Shown here piece after piece: positions 9,124 to 18,662 of a stretch of DNA of 58,096 bases. The first letter of the stretch is position 1; every line of letters starts with the position of its first letter. The notes under the pieces were generated by a model. The model was not told the origin of the DNA and searched no databases. It saw nothing but the letters and a program-made list of their open reading frames with translations. The translations under genes were made by a program, and so were the position numbers. The stretch comes from Thermoanaerobaculaceae bacterium (GTDB taxonomy: Bacteria > Acidobacteriota > Thermoanaerobaculia > Thermoanaerobaculales > Thermoanaerobaculaceae): contig DAONEV010000002.1 of assembly GCA_035403265.1 (NCBI GenBank), positions 1 to 58,096 on the forward strand, in the 5' to 3' direction.

Positions 9124-12100
9124 CTAGAACGTCAGGCGTCCGCCGAGCTGAATGTCGCGAGGCGTGTTGCGCGTGGTGGTGAACGTGCCGAACGTCGAGT
9201 TTCGAGGGTTCAGGTCCGGCTGCCACCACACGGTGTAGTTGAGCGCGTTGATGAAGTCGGCGCGAATCTGGAACTTGACGGTGCGACCGAGGTCGAAGTT
9301 CTTCGAGAGGCCCATGTCGAGAAGGTGGAGGGCCGGCATCCGCATGTTGCTCAGGATGGACGGGAAGTAGCGCGCGCCGTTTCCCATGTTGATGCGCGGA
9401 TCGGACCGCTGCTTCTTCGGATCGTCCACCCCGTTGGTCTGCACGGCGGCATCGTGGAAGTAGAAGCAGCTCGTGTCCCAGCCGGGCACTTCGACGCCGA
9501 TGATCTTGCCGTTGGCGTCCCGCGATCCAATGGCCCGCGTCCTGAGCTTCTTCCAGTCGCACGAAGGATCGAAGTAGACGTTCCCCCAGCCCGTCGGGAT
9601 GCCGTTCGAGGTCGCGTTCATGGGGAAGCCCTGCTGGTACTGGTAGGAAGCAGAGAGGCTCCAGCCGCCGAAGACGGCCTGCATGACCGAGCCCCACTTG
9701 TCACCCCACTTGCGGCCCTTGCCAACGGGGATCGGAACCGTGACGCCGATCGTGGCGCGGCGCGGCCGGTCATCCGGCGAGGTGCGGCTCTCCAGGCTGG
9801 TGTCGAACCCGTTGAGATAGCTCACTTTCTCCGTTGACTTGGACTGCGTGTAGGTGGCGATGACCGACAACCCCTTCTCAAACCGCTTGGAAATCGTGAG
9901 CTGGCCGGAGTCGTTGGCATCCGAGCCGTTGTACTGCATGACCGCGATGTTCAGGAACTGGGGGTACGGCCTGAGGAGCTGATACCTCGTGGTGGTCTTG
10001 CCGTTGAGGGTGGTGTTGGGGACGAGCCCGACGAACGGATTTGACACGCTGGCCGAGAGGTAGGCCTCGTGCGCCACGTCTCGGTAGCGCATGAACGACA
10101 CGTACTCCGCGGGGAGGGCGTTGAGATCACGCCGGACCGGGAGGTTTCTGCCGCGCGATGAGACATAGTCGAGCTGGACCATCCAGCCGGCGCCCAGGTC
10201 GCGTTGCACGCCGAGCTGCCACCGGGTGTAGAGGGCAGCCTTGCGATCGTTCTGGTTGACGAGCATGGCCGTGGTGGCATTGGGCACCAGGTCGCGCCCG
10301 GCAAACGTGGCCAGCCCCAGCGACGAGCCCGGCGGAATGCCAAGGCCATTGGGGAAAGGGTTGTTGAGGTCGGCGATGAACGTCTTGCCGCTGTCGGTGG
10401 TGGAGACGAGGAGGGTCGACTGCGAGAAGCCGGGCTGGTTGATGGCGTCAAAGACGTAGGGGTAGGTGAAGAGGCCGGCCCCGCCTCGCACGACGGTGCG
10501 CTGGTCCAACTGGTACGAGAGGGAGGCACGTGGCAGCAGTGTCGTGATCGACTTGTAGATCGGGTTGCCGCCGAATCGGAGGCCACCGCGGACGTGGAAC
10601 TGGTCGGCCGCAATTTCGGGGATCGGGTTGGCCGCGTAGGCGGCAATCGCCGCAGCCTCCAGCGGATTGGAGGTTGAGGTGTCGAAACCGGTGGTGTTGC
10701 GGTTGTGTGCCTCGCGAAGCCCGGCGTCTCTCTCGGCGCGCAGACCGATGTGCACCGTCAGCTTGGAGGTCAGCGACCAGGTGTCCTGAGCAAACAGCGA
10801 GTGGTTGGTGTTCGTGTACTCTCCGTACGTGTTGACATCGATGTAGCTGTTGCCGCCGGAGGTTGGAATGCCAAGGAGGAACTGGGCGAGAGCCTGTCCG
10901 CTCGAGGTGGAAGCACTGCTGCTCGCGCTCGTGTAGGCGCCGGTGAAGTTGTAGCGACCCGCTTCATACCCGTTGTCCGTCAGCGTCCACTTCTGCCAGC
11001 GCATCTCGTAGCCGGCGCGGAGCGTGTGGTCGCCGAGCGCCCAGGTGACCGTGGGAGCGAAGGAGAAGTTGATCAGGGGCTGATCGGTCCCCAGCTCGTA
11101 ATTGGACCGTTGGGAGCCGAGAGTGGCGTAGGTCACTCCGCCACTCGCAATGTCGAAGCGGGGCAGGTAGTTGTAACCCTTGAAGAGATTGACGGTCGCT
11201 GCACTGAAGCCGAGACTCGCGGGATCGAAGTTCTGCGCGGGGGTTTGCCACGATCCCCACTTCGCGTAGCTGACCCGGAGGTCGCCGATGAGGTCGGGGG
11301 TGAGGACGTTCGTGTAGGTCGTCGTAACCCCGAAGTTGGTGCGGTAGTCGAAGCCCCGTGAGACCGCAAAGCCGTTCTGTACTCCGGCCCAGTTGTAGCG
11401 ATCCTCTTGCCGCTTGTTCCAGTAGGCTGAGAGAGCCAGCTTCTGGTCCATGGTGAAGTTGTGGTCGAGCCGGAGCAGGGTCGCGTTGTACTTGTAGGGG
11501 CGGCTCTGGTCCGAGAAGTAGTTGTTTGACCCGTCGGACTTCGCCGTCTGGTTGGGCAGTGGGTAGTAGGAGAGGAGCTTGAGTGCGATGGAGTTGAGCC
11601 TGTCGGACGGGATGATGTTGCCGGCAAAGGGAGTGCGGTTGGTGGTTCCGGTCAGCGGGTCGTAGATCATGATGTTGGACGCCAGCAGCTCGGAGAAGTC
11701 GCCATGGCGCATCTTCTCCGTCGGCACCGTGTAGTTTGCCGGCTCGGTCTGCACGTCCTTCAGATACTCGTACGCCACCATGAAGAACGTCTTGTCCTTG
11801 AAGATCGGCCCCGACAGTGTCGCGCTGGCTCGGTCATAGGTGCGGGGGCTGGCCTTCTGTCCCGAGAGGTCTTGCAGGGTCGAGGTCGCCGAGCGTTTGT
11901 CCGAGCGGTTGAAGTACGCCACGGTGCCGTGGAACTCGCTGCCGCCGCTCTTCAGCGCCAGGTTGACGTTGGCGCCGGCGGTATGACCCTGCTGCGCATC
12001 GAAGTCGTTGGTGTTGATCCTGAACTCGGCGATCGAGTCGGCGGGAGGGGAGAAGCCAACGCGCGCCCCTCCATAGTTCACTTGCTGCCAGGACACGACG

Positions 12101-12708
12101 TTGGGGGCGCCGTCGATCGTGAAGTCGTTGCCGCCCTTGGCGCCGTTCGCGATGAAGCCGCCGAGGCCCGCGTTGTCCATCGGCCGCGCGAAGTGCAGGT
12201 CGGAGTTGTCCACGACGCCCGGGCTCAGACGGGTCAGCATGTATGCCGTGCCGTCGCCGAGGGGTAGCTCCTTGATCTGCTGGCGGTCGATCACCTGGGC
12301 AATCGTCGTCGAGGTGGTGTCGAGCCACGGGGTGCTCGCAGAAACGGTGATTGACTCGGACGCGCCTCCGACGGCGAGGACGAGGTCGACAGTCAAGTTG
12401 TCACCGACGCGAACCTGGATGCCGGACTTGATCATGGGCCGGAAGCCGTCGAGGCTGGCTTCCACCGAGTACATGCCGGAGATCAGGTAGCGGGCCTGAA
12501 AGACCCCGCGTTCGTTGGTGACGACCCTGGTGGCGACGTTCGTGTCGGTGTTCTTCACCGTCACGGTCACTCCCGGGAGGGCGCCGCCGGATTCGTCCTT
12601 CACCGTGCCCGAGATAGCACCGCGGAAATCCTGTGCGGCGAGGTTCGGGTGCACGCCTATGACCAGGATCACCAAGAGCAGGGCACGGACGACGTTGTAC
12701 GTCTTCAT
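9124..12708 (-). CDS. TonB-dependent outer-membrane receptor with N-terminal carboxypeptidase-regulatory-like domain
   Basis: Signal peptide, then a CarboxypepD_reg-like segment (ISGTVKDESGGALPGVTVTVKNTDTN...), a plug-like segment (QVIDRQQIKELPL), a long beta-barrel-like Gly/Tyr/Asn-rich body and a C-terminal ...GGRLTF. ATG 12708 is preceded by GGAGGAGGAAGGGG. Confidence 0.88.
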   Translation of the reverse strand: MKTYNVVRALLLVILVIGVHPNLAAQDFRGAISGTVKDESGGALPGVTVTVKNTDTNVATRVVTNERGVFQARYLISGMYSVEASLDGFRPMIKSGIQVRVGDNLTVDLVLAVGGASESITVSASTPWLDTTSTTIAQVIDRQQIKELPLGDGTAYMLTRLSPGVVDNSDLHFARPMDNAGLGGFIANGAKGGNDFTIDGAPNVVSWQQVNYGGARVGFSPPADSIAEFRINTNDFDAQQGHTAGANVNLALKSGGSEFHGTVAYFNRSDKRSATSTLQDLSGQKASPRTYDRASATLSGPIFKDKTFFMVAYEYLKDVQTEPANYTVPTEKMRHGDFSELLASNIMIYDPLTGTTNRTPFAGNIIPSDRLNSIALKLLSYYPLPNQTAKSDGSNNYFSDQSRPYKYNATLLRLDHNFTMDQKLALSAYWNKRQEDRYNWAGVQNGFAVSRGFDYRTNFGVTTTYTNVLTPDLIGDLRVSYAKWGSWQTPAQNFDPASLGFSAATVNLFKGYNYLPRFDIASGGVTYATLGSQRSNYELGTDQPLINFSFAPTVTWALGDHTLRAGYEMRWQKWTLTDNGYEAGRYNFTGAYTSASSSASTSSGQALAQFLLGIPTSGGNSYIDVNTYGEYTNTNHSLFAQDTWSLTSKLTVHIGLRAERDAGLREAHNRNTTGFDTSTSNPLEAAAIAAYAANPIPEIAADQFHVRGGLRFGGNPIYKSITTLLPRASLSYQLDQRTVVRGGAGLFTYPYVFDAINQPGFSQSTLLVSTTDSGKTFIADLNNPFPNGLGIPPGSSLGLATFAGRDLVPNATTAMLVNQNDRKAALYTRWQLGVQRDLGAGWMVQLDYVSSRGRNLPVRRDLNALPAEYVSFMRYRDVAHEAYLSASVSNPFVGLVPNTTLNGKTTTRYQLLRPYPQFLNIAVMQYNGSDANDSGQLTISKRFEKGLSVIATYTQSKSTEKVSYLNGFDTSLESRTSPDDRPRRATIGVTVPIPVGKGRKWGDKWGSVMQAVFGGWSLSASYQYQQGFPMNATSNGIPTGWGNVYFDPSCDWKKLRTRAIGSRDANGKIIGVEVPGWDTSCFYFHDAAVQTNGVDDPKKQRSDPRINMGNGARYFPSILSNMRMPALHLLDMGLSKNFDLGRTVKFQIRADFINALNYTVWWQPDLNPRNSTFGTFTTTRNTPRDIQLGGRLTF

Positions 12709-12763
12709 GGTTTTCCCCTTCCTCCTCCACGCGGCTTGACCGTGGCATCAATCTTGAGGAAAG

Positions 12764-12806
12764 ATAATACCTCTGTCAACAGCTTGTCAATAGTGGTCCT
12801 ACCACT
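12764..12806 (-). promoter_or_regulatory. sigma70-like promoter plus palindromic FadR/GntR-type operator upstream of the TonB receptor
   Basis: AT-rich island. Read on the minus strand: AAGTGGTAGGACCACT-A-TTGACA-N15-TATTAT. The 15-bp palindrome AGTGGTCCTACCACT lies at 12792-12806. The -35-like hexamer is 12785-12790 and the -10-like hexamer 12764-12769. Confidence 0.5.
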
Positions 12807-12944
12807 TCGTTTGAGGGTCGGGAGGGGCGGCGTCACCAACCAACACACAATATGATACAAGCAAAGAAGTTATGCGGAACGCCGTCGAATGAATGGCCTC
12901 GTTGTAACCTCAGAGTCGTGGCTCAAGACCAACCGGACCTGTCA

Positions 12945-15497
12945 TCACAATGAGACTGGTCGGACCACTGCACTGGACGCCGCGGCCGTCGCAGGCGTCG
13001 CCGAAGTGCATGCTCTCTCATTCAGATAGAGTTCGAGGTTCGAGATTCCGGCGGGCCCGATGGTGGCTCCGTCGGACGGATTCCGCCCGTCGAGGTCGTG
13101 CGCGGCCTCCCAGGCGTCCGACATCCCGTCGCGGTCCGAGTCGGCGGGTGGAGGAGCGGTTTGAAGCTCCGGCCAGCCCCCGACCTCCTTCTGGGAGTTG
13201 ACGAGGACGCCTGTCTTGGCCGCGACCGATCGGAGGATGGAGAGATCGACGCCGTCGCGGGCCAGGGATGCGCCTGCATCTGCCAGGACGTGGTGGTAGG
13301 CGGTCACGGCGTCGTCGGTTGCGACCGCTGGGAACGGGAAACGCTGGGCGCACGGCCGACAGCCGTTGGAAAACAGGCCCAGCTCCCCTGGAACGCTCGC
13401 CAGGGGTCCCCTGGCGGTCCCGTCGACCCGGTTGCCACGCTGGAATAGCTGCGTCTGATCACTGCCGCAGGTGAAAGCCAGCCCTCGTTTCCGGTCGTCG
13501 GTCGAGGGTCCTGCCACGAGCAGGTTCGCGACGTAGTTCAGACGCGGTGAGCCCTCGGCCGCCGGACCCGAGTAGCCGGCCTCGCGTCCCCAGTCGTAGA
13601 TCACGTTGTTGACGAAGTCCAGGCCGACATCGTCCCCGAGACGGGGGTTGCGACTGGCGTGGTGAGCGTACAGGTTGTGGTGGAAGGTAAGGCCACCCTG
13701 TCCCCAGCGCAGGAGCGAGCCGTAGCCGTGGTGACCCTTGGCGTGGCAGGATGCGTTCAGGCTCTCGGCGATGATCGACCAACCAACCGTCACCCGGTCG
13801 GAGTGCGTGACCGAGAGGGCCTCGTCGATGCTCCACGAGGCGGAGACATGGTCGATGATCACGTCGTGGGACCGAGACACGGAGAGGGCGTCGCCCTGGA
13901 ACGCGGGACAGTTGATGTCACCCGGGCGAAACCGCATGTACCGGACGATCACATCGTGGGTGCCCGAGATGCTGGTCTCGAACCCGGCCACGGTCACGCC
14001 TTCGCCAGGGGCGGTCTGACCTGCGAGGGTGAGGAAGGGCTTGTCGATCGTGAGGGCGGAGCGAAGGAAGATAGTCCCGGAGAGATCAAAGACGATCGTG
14101 CGTGGTCCCTTGGCCGTCTCGACTCCGGAGCGCAGGCTTCCCGGTCCGGCGTCCGAGAGGGTCGTGACGTGATAGACATCCCCACCGCGACCCCCGACGG
14201 CGAACGCCCCGAAGCCCTCGGCGCCGGGGAACGCTCGCACCGGCTCCTTCACGGTCGCCTCCACCCTTGGAGCGCCTGATCCCGCGGCCGACCACTCGAT
14301 GGCGCTGGCGGCGAGCAGCATGCCGCAAAGCCCGTGCGCGGAGTCGGCGAGCCGCTTCCTGCCGAGGTAGCCTTCGAGGTCTTTCTGGACGCTCATTCCC
14401 TCAACGGAGCCCTCAACGACGGGTCGCCCTTCCTGATCCGTCGAGATCCGGCCTTGCAGGCCGCTCCATCCCTTCCGGGCCGTCTCGGCCGAGGCGGAAT
14501 CCAGGAGGCCGGTGTCGGCACCGCGCTTGAGCGCATAGACGAACATGGCGCTGGCGGAGGTTTCCAGCCAGTTGTCCGGCCGCTCTCCCCGGTCCAGCAC
14601 CTGGTACCACAGGCCGGTCTTCGGGTCCTGGGTCCGACTCACCCCATTCGCCGCCTCGCGCAGGAGCGCCCGAAGCCTGGGATACCCGGGGTGCTCCGGA
14701 GGAAGCTCGGCCAGGATGTCGACGAGGGCCATCAGGTACCAGCCCATCGCCCGGCCCCAGACCGTGGGAGAAGCCCCCGAGGTCGGATCGGCCCAGGCCG
14801 CGTTGCGGTCCGCATCCCAGGCATGACGGAACAGTCCCCCCCCGATGCCGGTCTTTTCGGCGACGAGGAGCGTCTGGGCGACGGCCGTGTCGAAGCAGAA
14901 CCCGGGCTCGGAGAAGAGGCGCCCGTAGCGCACCAGGAACGGCTCCGCCATGTAGATTCCGTCGAGCCACATCTCGTCCGGGTACTTCTGCTTGTGCCAG
15001 AAGCCGCCTTGGGAGTTGCGGGGAAAGGTGTCGAACCGGGCGCGCAGCCAGCGAGCCGTCTTGGCGTACTTTGGATCTCCAGTCTCCTCGAAGAGGAAGA
15101 GCACGAGGTTACCGGGCTGGATGCGATCCAGGTTGTGCCCGGCCGCGTCATCGCCGAGATCCACGCTGCCGTCCTCGCGCAGGTAGCTGTCGACCCAGGT
15201 GCGGATGTAGCCCAGGTAGCGGGGGTCGCGGGTGTGGCGGTACACCTCGGCGATCCCCCAGAGGACGATACCGGTGTTGTACTCGAAACCCTTGTTACTG
15301 ATCGACGCGGCGGCCGGCCAGCGCGACAGCACGCCGTCCGCGAGCCGGACCGCGAGCGGCTTCACTGGAGGTGGAGGCGCCGTCTGCGCGATCGCTTCCG
15401 TGGCGACCGCCATGAGGCCGGCCACCTGCAGGGCGAGGCCAGCAAGATGTCGCAGTCCCGTTCGGTGCAGCATGCCCAGCCCCCTTGGTGTGCTCAA
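12945..15497 (-). CDS. bifunctional GH105 unsaturated rhamnogalacturonyl hydrolase / PL1 pectate lyase fusion, secreted
   Basis: N-terminal ~400 aa carry GH105/GH88-type motifs (FWHKQKYPDEMWLDGIYMAEPF, WGRAMGWYLMAL). The C-terminal part carries PL1 motifs (FPGAEGFGAFAVGGRGG, VIIDHVSASWSIDE, HHASRNPRLG). The extreme C-terminus has a DSDRDGMSDAWE Ca-binding-like tail. An N-terminal signal-like segment is present. Confidence 0.85.
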   Translation of the reverse strand: MSTPRGLGMLHRTGLRHLAGLALQVAGLMAVATEAIAQTAPPPPVKPLAVRLADGVLSRWPAAASISNKGFEYNTGIVLWGIAEVYRHTRDPRYLGYIRTWVDSYLREDGSVDLGDDAAGHNLDRIQPGNLVLFLFEETGDPKYAKTARWLRARFDTFPRNSQGGFWHKQKYPDEMWLDGIYMAEPFLVRYGRLFSEPGFCFDTAVAQTLLVAEKTGIGGGLFRHAWDADRNAAWADPTSGASPTVWGRAMGWYLMALVDILAELPPEHPGYPRLRALLREAANGVSRTQDPKTGLWYQVLDRGERPDNWLETSASAMFVYALKRGADTGLLDSASAETARKGWSGLQGRISTDQEGRPVVEGSVEGMSVQKDLEGYLGRKRLADSAHGLCGMLLAASAIEWSAAGSGAPRVEATVKEPVRAFPGAEGFGAFAVGGRGGDVYHVTTLSDAGPGSLRSGVETAKGPRTIVFDLSGTIFLRSALTIDKPFLTLAGQTAPGEGVTVAGFETSISGTHDVIVRYMRFRPGDINCPAFQGDALSVSRSHDVIIDHVSASWSIDEALSVTHSDRVTVGWSIIAESLNASCHAKGHHGYGSLLRWGQGGLTFHHNLYAHHASRNPRLGDDVGLDFVNNVIYDWGREAGYSGPAAEGSPRLNYVANLLVAGPSTDDRKRGLAFTCGSDQTQLFQRGNRVDGTARGPLASVPGELGLFSNGCRPCAQRFPFPAVATDDAVTAYHHVLADAGASLARDGVDLSILRSVAAKTGVLVNSQKEVGGWPELQTAPPPADSDRDGMSDAWEAAHDLDGRNPSDGATIGPAGISNLELYLNERACTSATPATAAASSAVVRPVSL

Positions 15498-16270
15498 CGG
15501 CCCATCCAGCCGCCGTCGACGACGAGCACGTGCCCCTGCACGTAGTCGGACGCGCGGGAGGCGAGGAAGACGGCGGCGCCGACCAGGTCGTCGGGTTCAC
15601 CCCAGCGACCGGCCGGGACCCTCTCCAGGATCTGGCGGCTGCGGTCCGGATCGGCGCGCAGGGCGGCCGTGTTGGCGGTCCGCATGTAACCGGGGGCGAT
15701 CGCGTTGACGTTGACACCCCGCCCGGCCCACTCGTTGGCGAGCGCCCGGGTGATCGCCGCCACGCCCGACTTGGCGGCGGCGTAGGCGGGGACACGAATC
15801 CCGCCCTGGAACGACAGCAGCGAGGCGATGTTGATGATCTTCCCGTGACCGACCACCAGCATGTGTCGACCGACTTCCCGGCAGAGCCGGAAGACGCTCC
15901 CCAGGTTGACGTCGAGGACGTGGTCCCAGTCCTCGTCGGTGGTGTCCTCGGCGCTGGCGCGGCGGATCGTGCCGGCGTTGTTGACGAGGATGTCAAGGCC
16001 ACCAAGCGCGGCCATGACCTCGTTCACGAGCCGACCCGGGGTCGCTGGATCGGCGAGATCTCCGGCGACAGCCGCGAACCTCACGCCGGCGGCGCGGATC
16101 GCGGCGGCCGTCGCATCGCAGTCGGAAGGCCGCGCCTCGCCGTGGACGGCGACGTCGGCGCCTGCCTGGGCGAGACCGATGGCGATCGCCGCGCCGAGGC
16201 CGCCCGAGGCGCCCGTCACGAACGCCGTCCGCCCGGCAAGAGAGAACAATGTGTCGGGATTCTTCTCCAT
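15494..16270 (-). CDS. kduD: 2-dehydro-3-deoxy-D-gluconate 5-dehydrogenase (SDR)
   Basis: Near-collinear match to E. coli KduD as recalled (GKIINIASLLSFQGGIRVPAYAAAKSG, NVNAIAPGYM, RWG.P.DL, DGGWMGR). The stop overlaps the downstream start by 4 nt. Confidence 0.9.
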   Translation of the reverse strand: MEKNPDTLFSLAGRTAFVTGASGGLGAAIAIGLAQAGADVAVHGEARPSDCDATAAAIRAAGVRFAAVAGDLADPATPGRLVNEVMAALGGLDILVNNAGTIRRASAEDTTDEDWDHVLDVNLGSVFRLCREVGRHMLVVGHGKIINIASLLSFQGGIRVPAYAAAKSGVAAITRALANEWAGRGVNVNAIAPGYMRTANTAALRADPDRSRQILERVPAGRWGEPDDLVGAAVFLASRASDYVQGHVLVVDGGWMGR

Positions 16271-16277
16271 GGTGCCC

Positions 16278-17720
16278 TCACTCGCTGGGCTCGAGCCCGC
16301 GGCCGAAGGTGCCGAGCTCGATCCCGAGGTACTGCCTGGCGTTGAAGAACGACACCGCCTCGACGACCCGACCGAGCATCGCCCGGTCGTCAGGAACCAA
16401 CCCCCGCCTCACGTCGTGGCCGAGCAGGTTGCAGACGAGGCGTCGGAAGTAGTCGTGCCGCGAGTACGAGAGGAAGCTCCGGGAGTCGGTGACCATGCCG
16501 ACGAACCGCGAGAACAGGCCCAGGTTGGAGAGCGCCCGAAGCTGGGCCTCCATCCCGTCCATCTGGTCGAGGAACCACCAAGCGGGACCGTACTGGAGCT
16601 TGCCAGGCACCGAGCCGTCCTGGAAGTTGCCGGCCATCGTGGCGAACAGCTCGTTGTCGGCCGGGTTCAGGTTGTACAGGATCGTCCTGGCGAGCTGATC
16701 GGTGCTGTCCAGGCGGTCGAGGAAGCGTGCCAGCGAGCGCGCCTGCGGGAAGTCACCGATCGAGTCGAGGCCGCTGTCGGAGCCCAGGGACCGGCGCAGC
16801 CGCGAGCTGTTGTTTCGCAGGGCGCCGAGGTGAAGCTGCTGCACCCAGCCACGGGTGTGGTCGAGAAGCGCCAGGTGGTGGAGGAGCGCCGACCGGAACC
16901 GTCGCGCCTCGCCGGCGTCGAGGGTTTCCCCGCGCCGCAAGAGGTCGAACGCCTTCCCGGTGTCGGCGTCGCTCCAGGGCTCCGCATCGATCGCCTCGAG
17001 CCCGTGGTCGGAGGCGCGGCAACCGGCCGCGTGGAACGCCGCGTGGCGCAAGTCGAGGGCCTCGATGAGCGCTTCGAAGCAGCCGATCGAGAGGCCTGCG
17101 ACCTCTTCCAGCTTGCCGACCCAGGCGTTCCACGCCACGGGGTCCTGGGTTGCCATCACGCGGTCGGGCCGGAACGTCGGAACGACGCGAGTCTCGGGGT
17201 CGACCCGTTTCGCCAGGGTGGCGTGGGGCGTCAGGGAGTCCACCGGGTCGTCGGTGGTGCAGACGACGGCGACCCGGGACTGCCGGAGCAACCCCTGAGT
17301 CGAGAAGCCCGGCTCGCCGAGCCGCTCGTTGCACCGGTCAAAAACCGCCCGTGCCGAGCGCTCGTCAAGGAGATCCGTGATGCCAAAGGGGCGGTGCAGC
17401 TCCATGTGCGTCCAGTGGTACAGGGGGTTGCGCAGGGTGAAGGGAACGGTCCGTGCCCACGCTTCGAACTTCTCCCAGTCCGAGGCGTTCCCCGTGCACA
17501 GTCGTTCCGGCACGCCGTTGGTGCGCATCGCCCTCCACTTGTAGTGGTCGCCCTGCAGCCAGATCTCGGTGATGGAACGGAAGCGGTGGTCGGAAGCGAT
17601 CTGGTCGGCCGGGAGGTGGCAGTGATAGTCGATGATCGGCAGCCGTTCGGCGTGACCGTGGTAGAGATCCACGGCGACGCTGGTCTCCAGAAGGAAGTCT
17701 TCGTGAATGAAGGGCCTCAT
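16278..17720 (-). CDS. uxaC: uronate (glucuronate/galacturonate) isomerase
   Basis: MRPFIHEDFLLET...IIDYHCHL, GDHYKWRAMRTNGV, NPLYHWTH.EL, GMVTDSRSFLSYSRHDYFRR. Full-length UxaC pattern. Confidence 0.95.
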   Translation of the reverse strand: MRPFIHEDFLLETSVAVDLYHGHAERLPIIDYHCHLPADQIASDHRFRSITEIWLQGDHYKWRAMRTNGVPERLCTGNASDWEKFEAWARTVPFTLRNPLYHWTHMELHRPFGITDLLDERSARAVFDRCNERLGEPGFSTQGLLRQSRVAVVCTTDDPVDSLTPHATLAKRVDPETRVVPTFRPDRVMATQDPVAWNAWVGKLEEVAGLSIGCFEALIEALDLRHAAFHAAGCRASDHGLEAIDAEPWSDADTGKAFDLLRRGETLDAGEARRFRSALLHHLALLDHTRGWVQQLHLGALRNNSSRLRRSLGSDSGLDSIGDFPQARSLARFLDRLDSTDQLARTILYNLNPADNELFATMAGNFQDGSVPGKLQYGPAWWFLDQMDGMEAQLRALSNLGLFSRFVGMVTDSRSFLSYSRHDYFRRLVCNLLGHDVRRGLVPDDRAMLGRVVEAVSFFNARQYLGIELGTFGRGLEPSE

Positions 17721-18466
17721 GAGTGGTCTCTCCCCTCCGGACCGGGATGAGCCAGCGCGACGCCTGGCTCCCTTGCCTGGGCGTCGCGGGCTCTCTCCAG
17801 ATGCTCCGCCATCTCGCGCCGGGCTCGGTCGGCGTCCCGCACCCGGATGGCGCGGTAGATCCGCCGGTGCATGTCTGCCGACTCCTTGAGGTCGGTGGCC
17901 TGAACGACACTCTCCCGCCGGGTCTCCCAGACGAGCTGAGCCAGGGTGTCGATCAACGTGGCCAGGACCGGGTTGCCCGAGGCCGCCGCCACGAGGCGGT
18001 GGAAGCAGACGTCATGAAGGAGATACTGCCTGGGATCCTCGATCGAGGCGAACATGCTCGCCACCTCGTCCGCCAGGGATGACGTCTGCTCGGGTGTGGC
18101 CTTGCTGGCGGCCAGGCCGCACGCGCCGACCTCGAGGACCATCCGAGCCTCGAACATCTCGTCCCGGGTGAAGCCATGAAGCGCGGCGAGGAAACGGAGA
18201 GGCCCCTCGCCGAGCCGGGGAGGGCCCGCCACGATGTAGGTTCCCGACCCCTGACGTGCGTGCATCACCCCCATCGCCTGGAGGGACCGAAGCCCGGCGC
18301 GAAGGGAAGACCGGCTCAAACCGACCTGAGCGGCCAGCTGGCGCTCGGGTGGCAGGCGATCCCCTGGCTTCAAGCGACCGTCCTCGATGAGCTTGAGGAC
18401 GAGCTCGACCACCCTGCCCCCGGCGGTGGAGCTGGTCGAATGGTCGCTGGCGGTCTTACCTGTCAT
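17717..18466 (-). CDS. GntR/FadR-family transcriptional regulator (paralogue 1)
   Basis: N-terminal wHTH (PGDRLPPERQLAAQVGLSRSSLRAGLRSLQAMGV) and a helical FCD-like C-terminal domain. The stop overlaps the uxaC start (ATGA). Confidence 0.88.
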   Translation of the reverse strand: MTGKTASDHSTSSTAGGRVVELVLKLIEDGRLKPGDRLPPERQLAAQVGLSRSSLRAGLRSLQAMGVMHARQGSGTYIVAGPPRLGEGPLRFLAALHGFTRDEMFEARMVLEVGACGLAASKATPEQTSSLADEVASMFASIEDPRQYLLHDVCFHRLVAAASGNPVLATLIDTLAQLVWETRRESVVQATDLKESADMHRRIYRAIRVRDADRARREMAEHLERARDAQAREPGVALAHPGPEGRDHS

Positions 18467-18496
18467 TCTCGCATTCCTGCAATTGGTCTACTCAGG

Positions 18497-18524
18497 AGTA
18501 TCATCTCGTCGGCATGGATGTCAA
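18497..18524 (-). promoter_or_regulatory. sigma70-like promoter for the regulator-uxaC-kduD operon
   Basis: Read on the minus strand: TTGACA (18519-18524), 16 nt, GATACT (18497-18502). Lies about 30 nt upstream of ATG 18466, in an AT-richer island. Confidence 0.4.
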
Positions 18525-18601
18525 GTGAGATGCTGCGTGACCTGAGCCAGGACCTACACTTGCATGACTTTCAGGGCTGCAGGCCTGCATTCCGCGATGC
18601 G

Positions 18602-18642
18602 TGGTATGATCTGGCAATGATGTCAAAGTGGTCGACCACTTT
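18602..18642 (+). promoter_or_regulatory. extended -10-like element plus perfect 18-bp palindromic operator upstream of kdgK
   Basis: TGGTATGAT (TGn-TATGAT) at 18602-18610. The perfect palindrome AAAGTGGTCGACCACTTT at 18625-18642 lies 20 nt upstream of the kdgK start. Confidence 0.55.
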
Positions 18643-18662
18643 CTCGTGACCATGGAGTCAAG

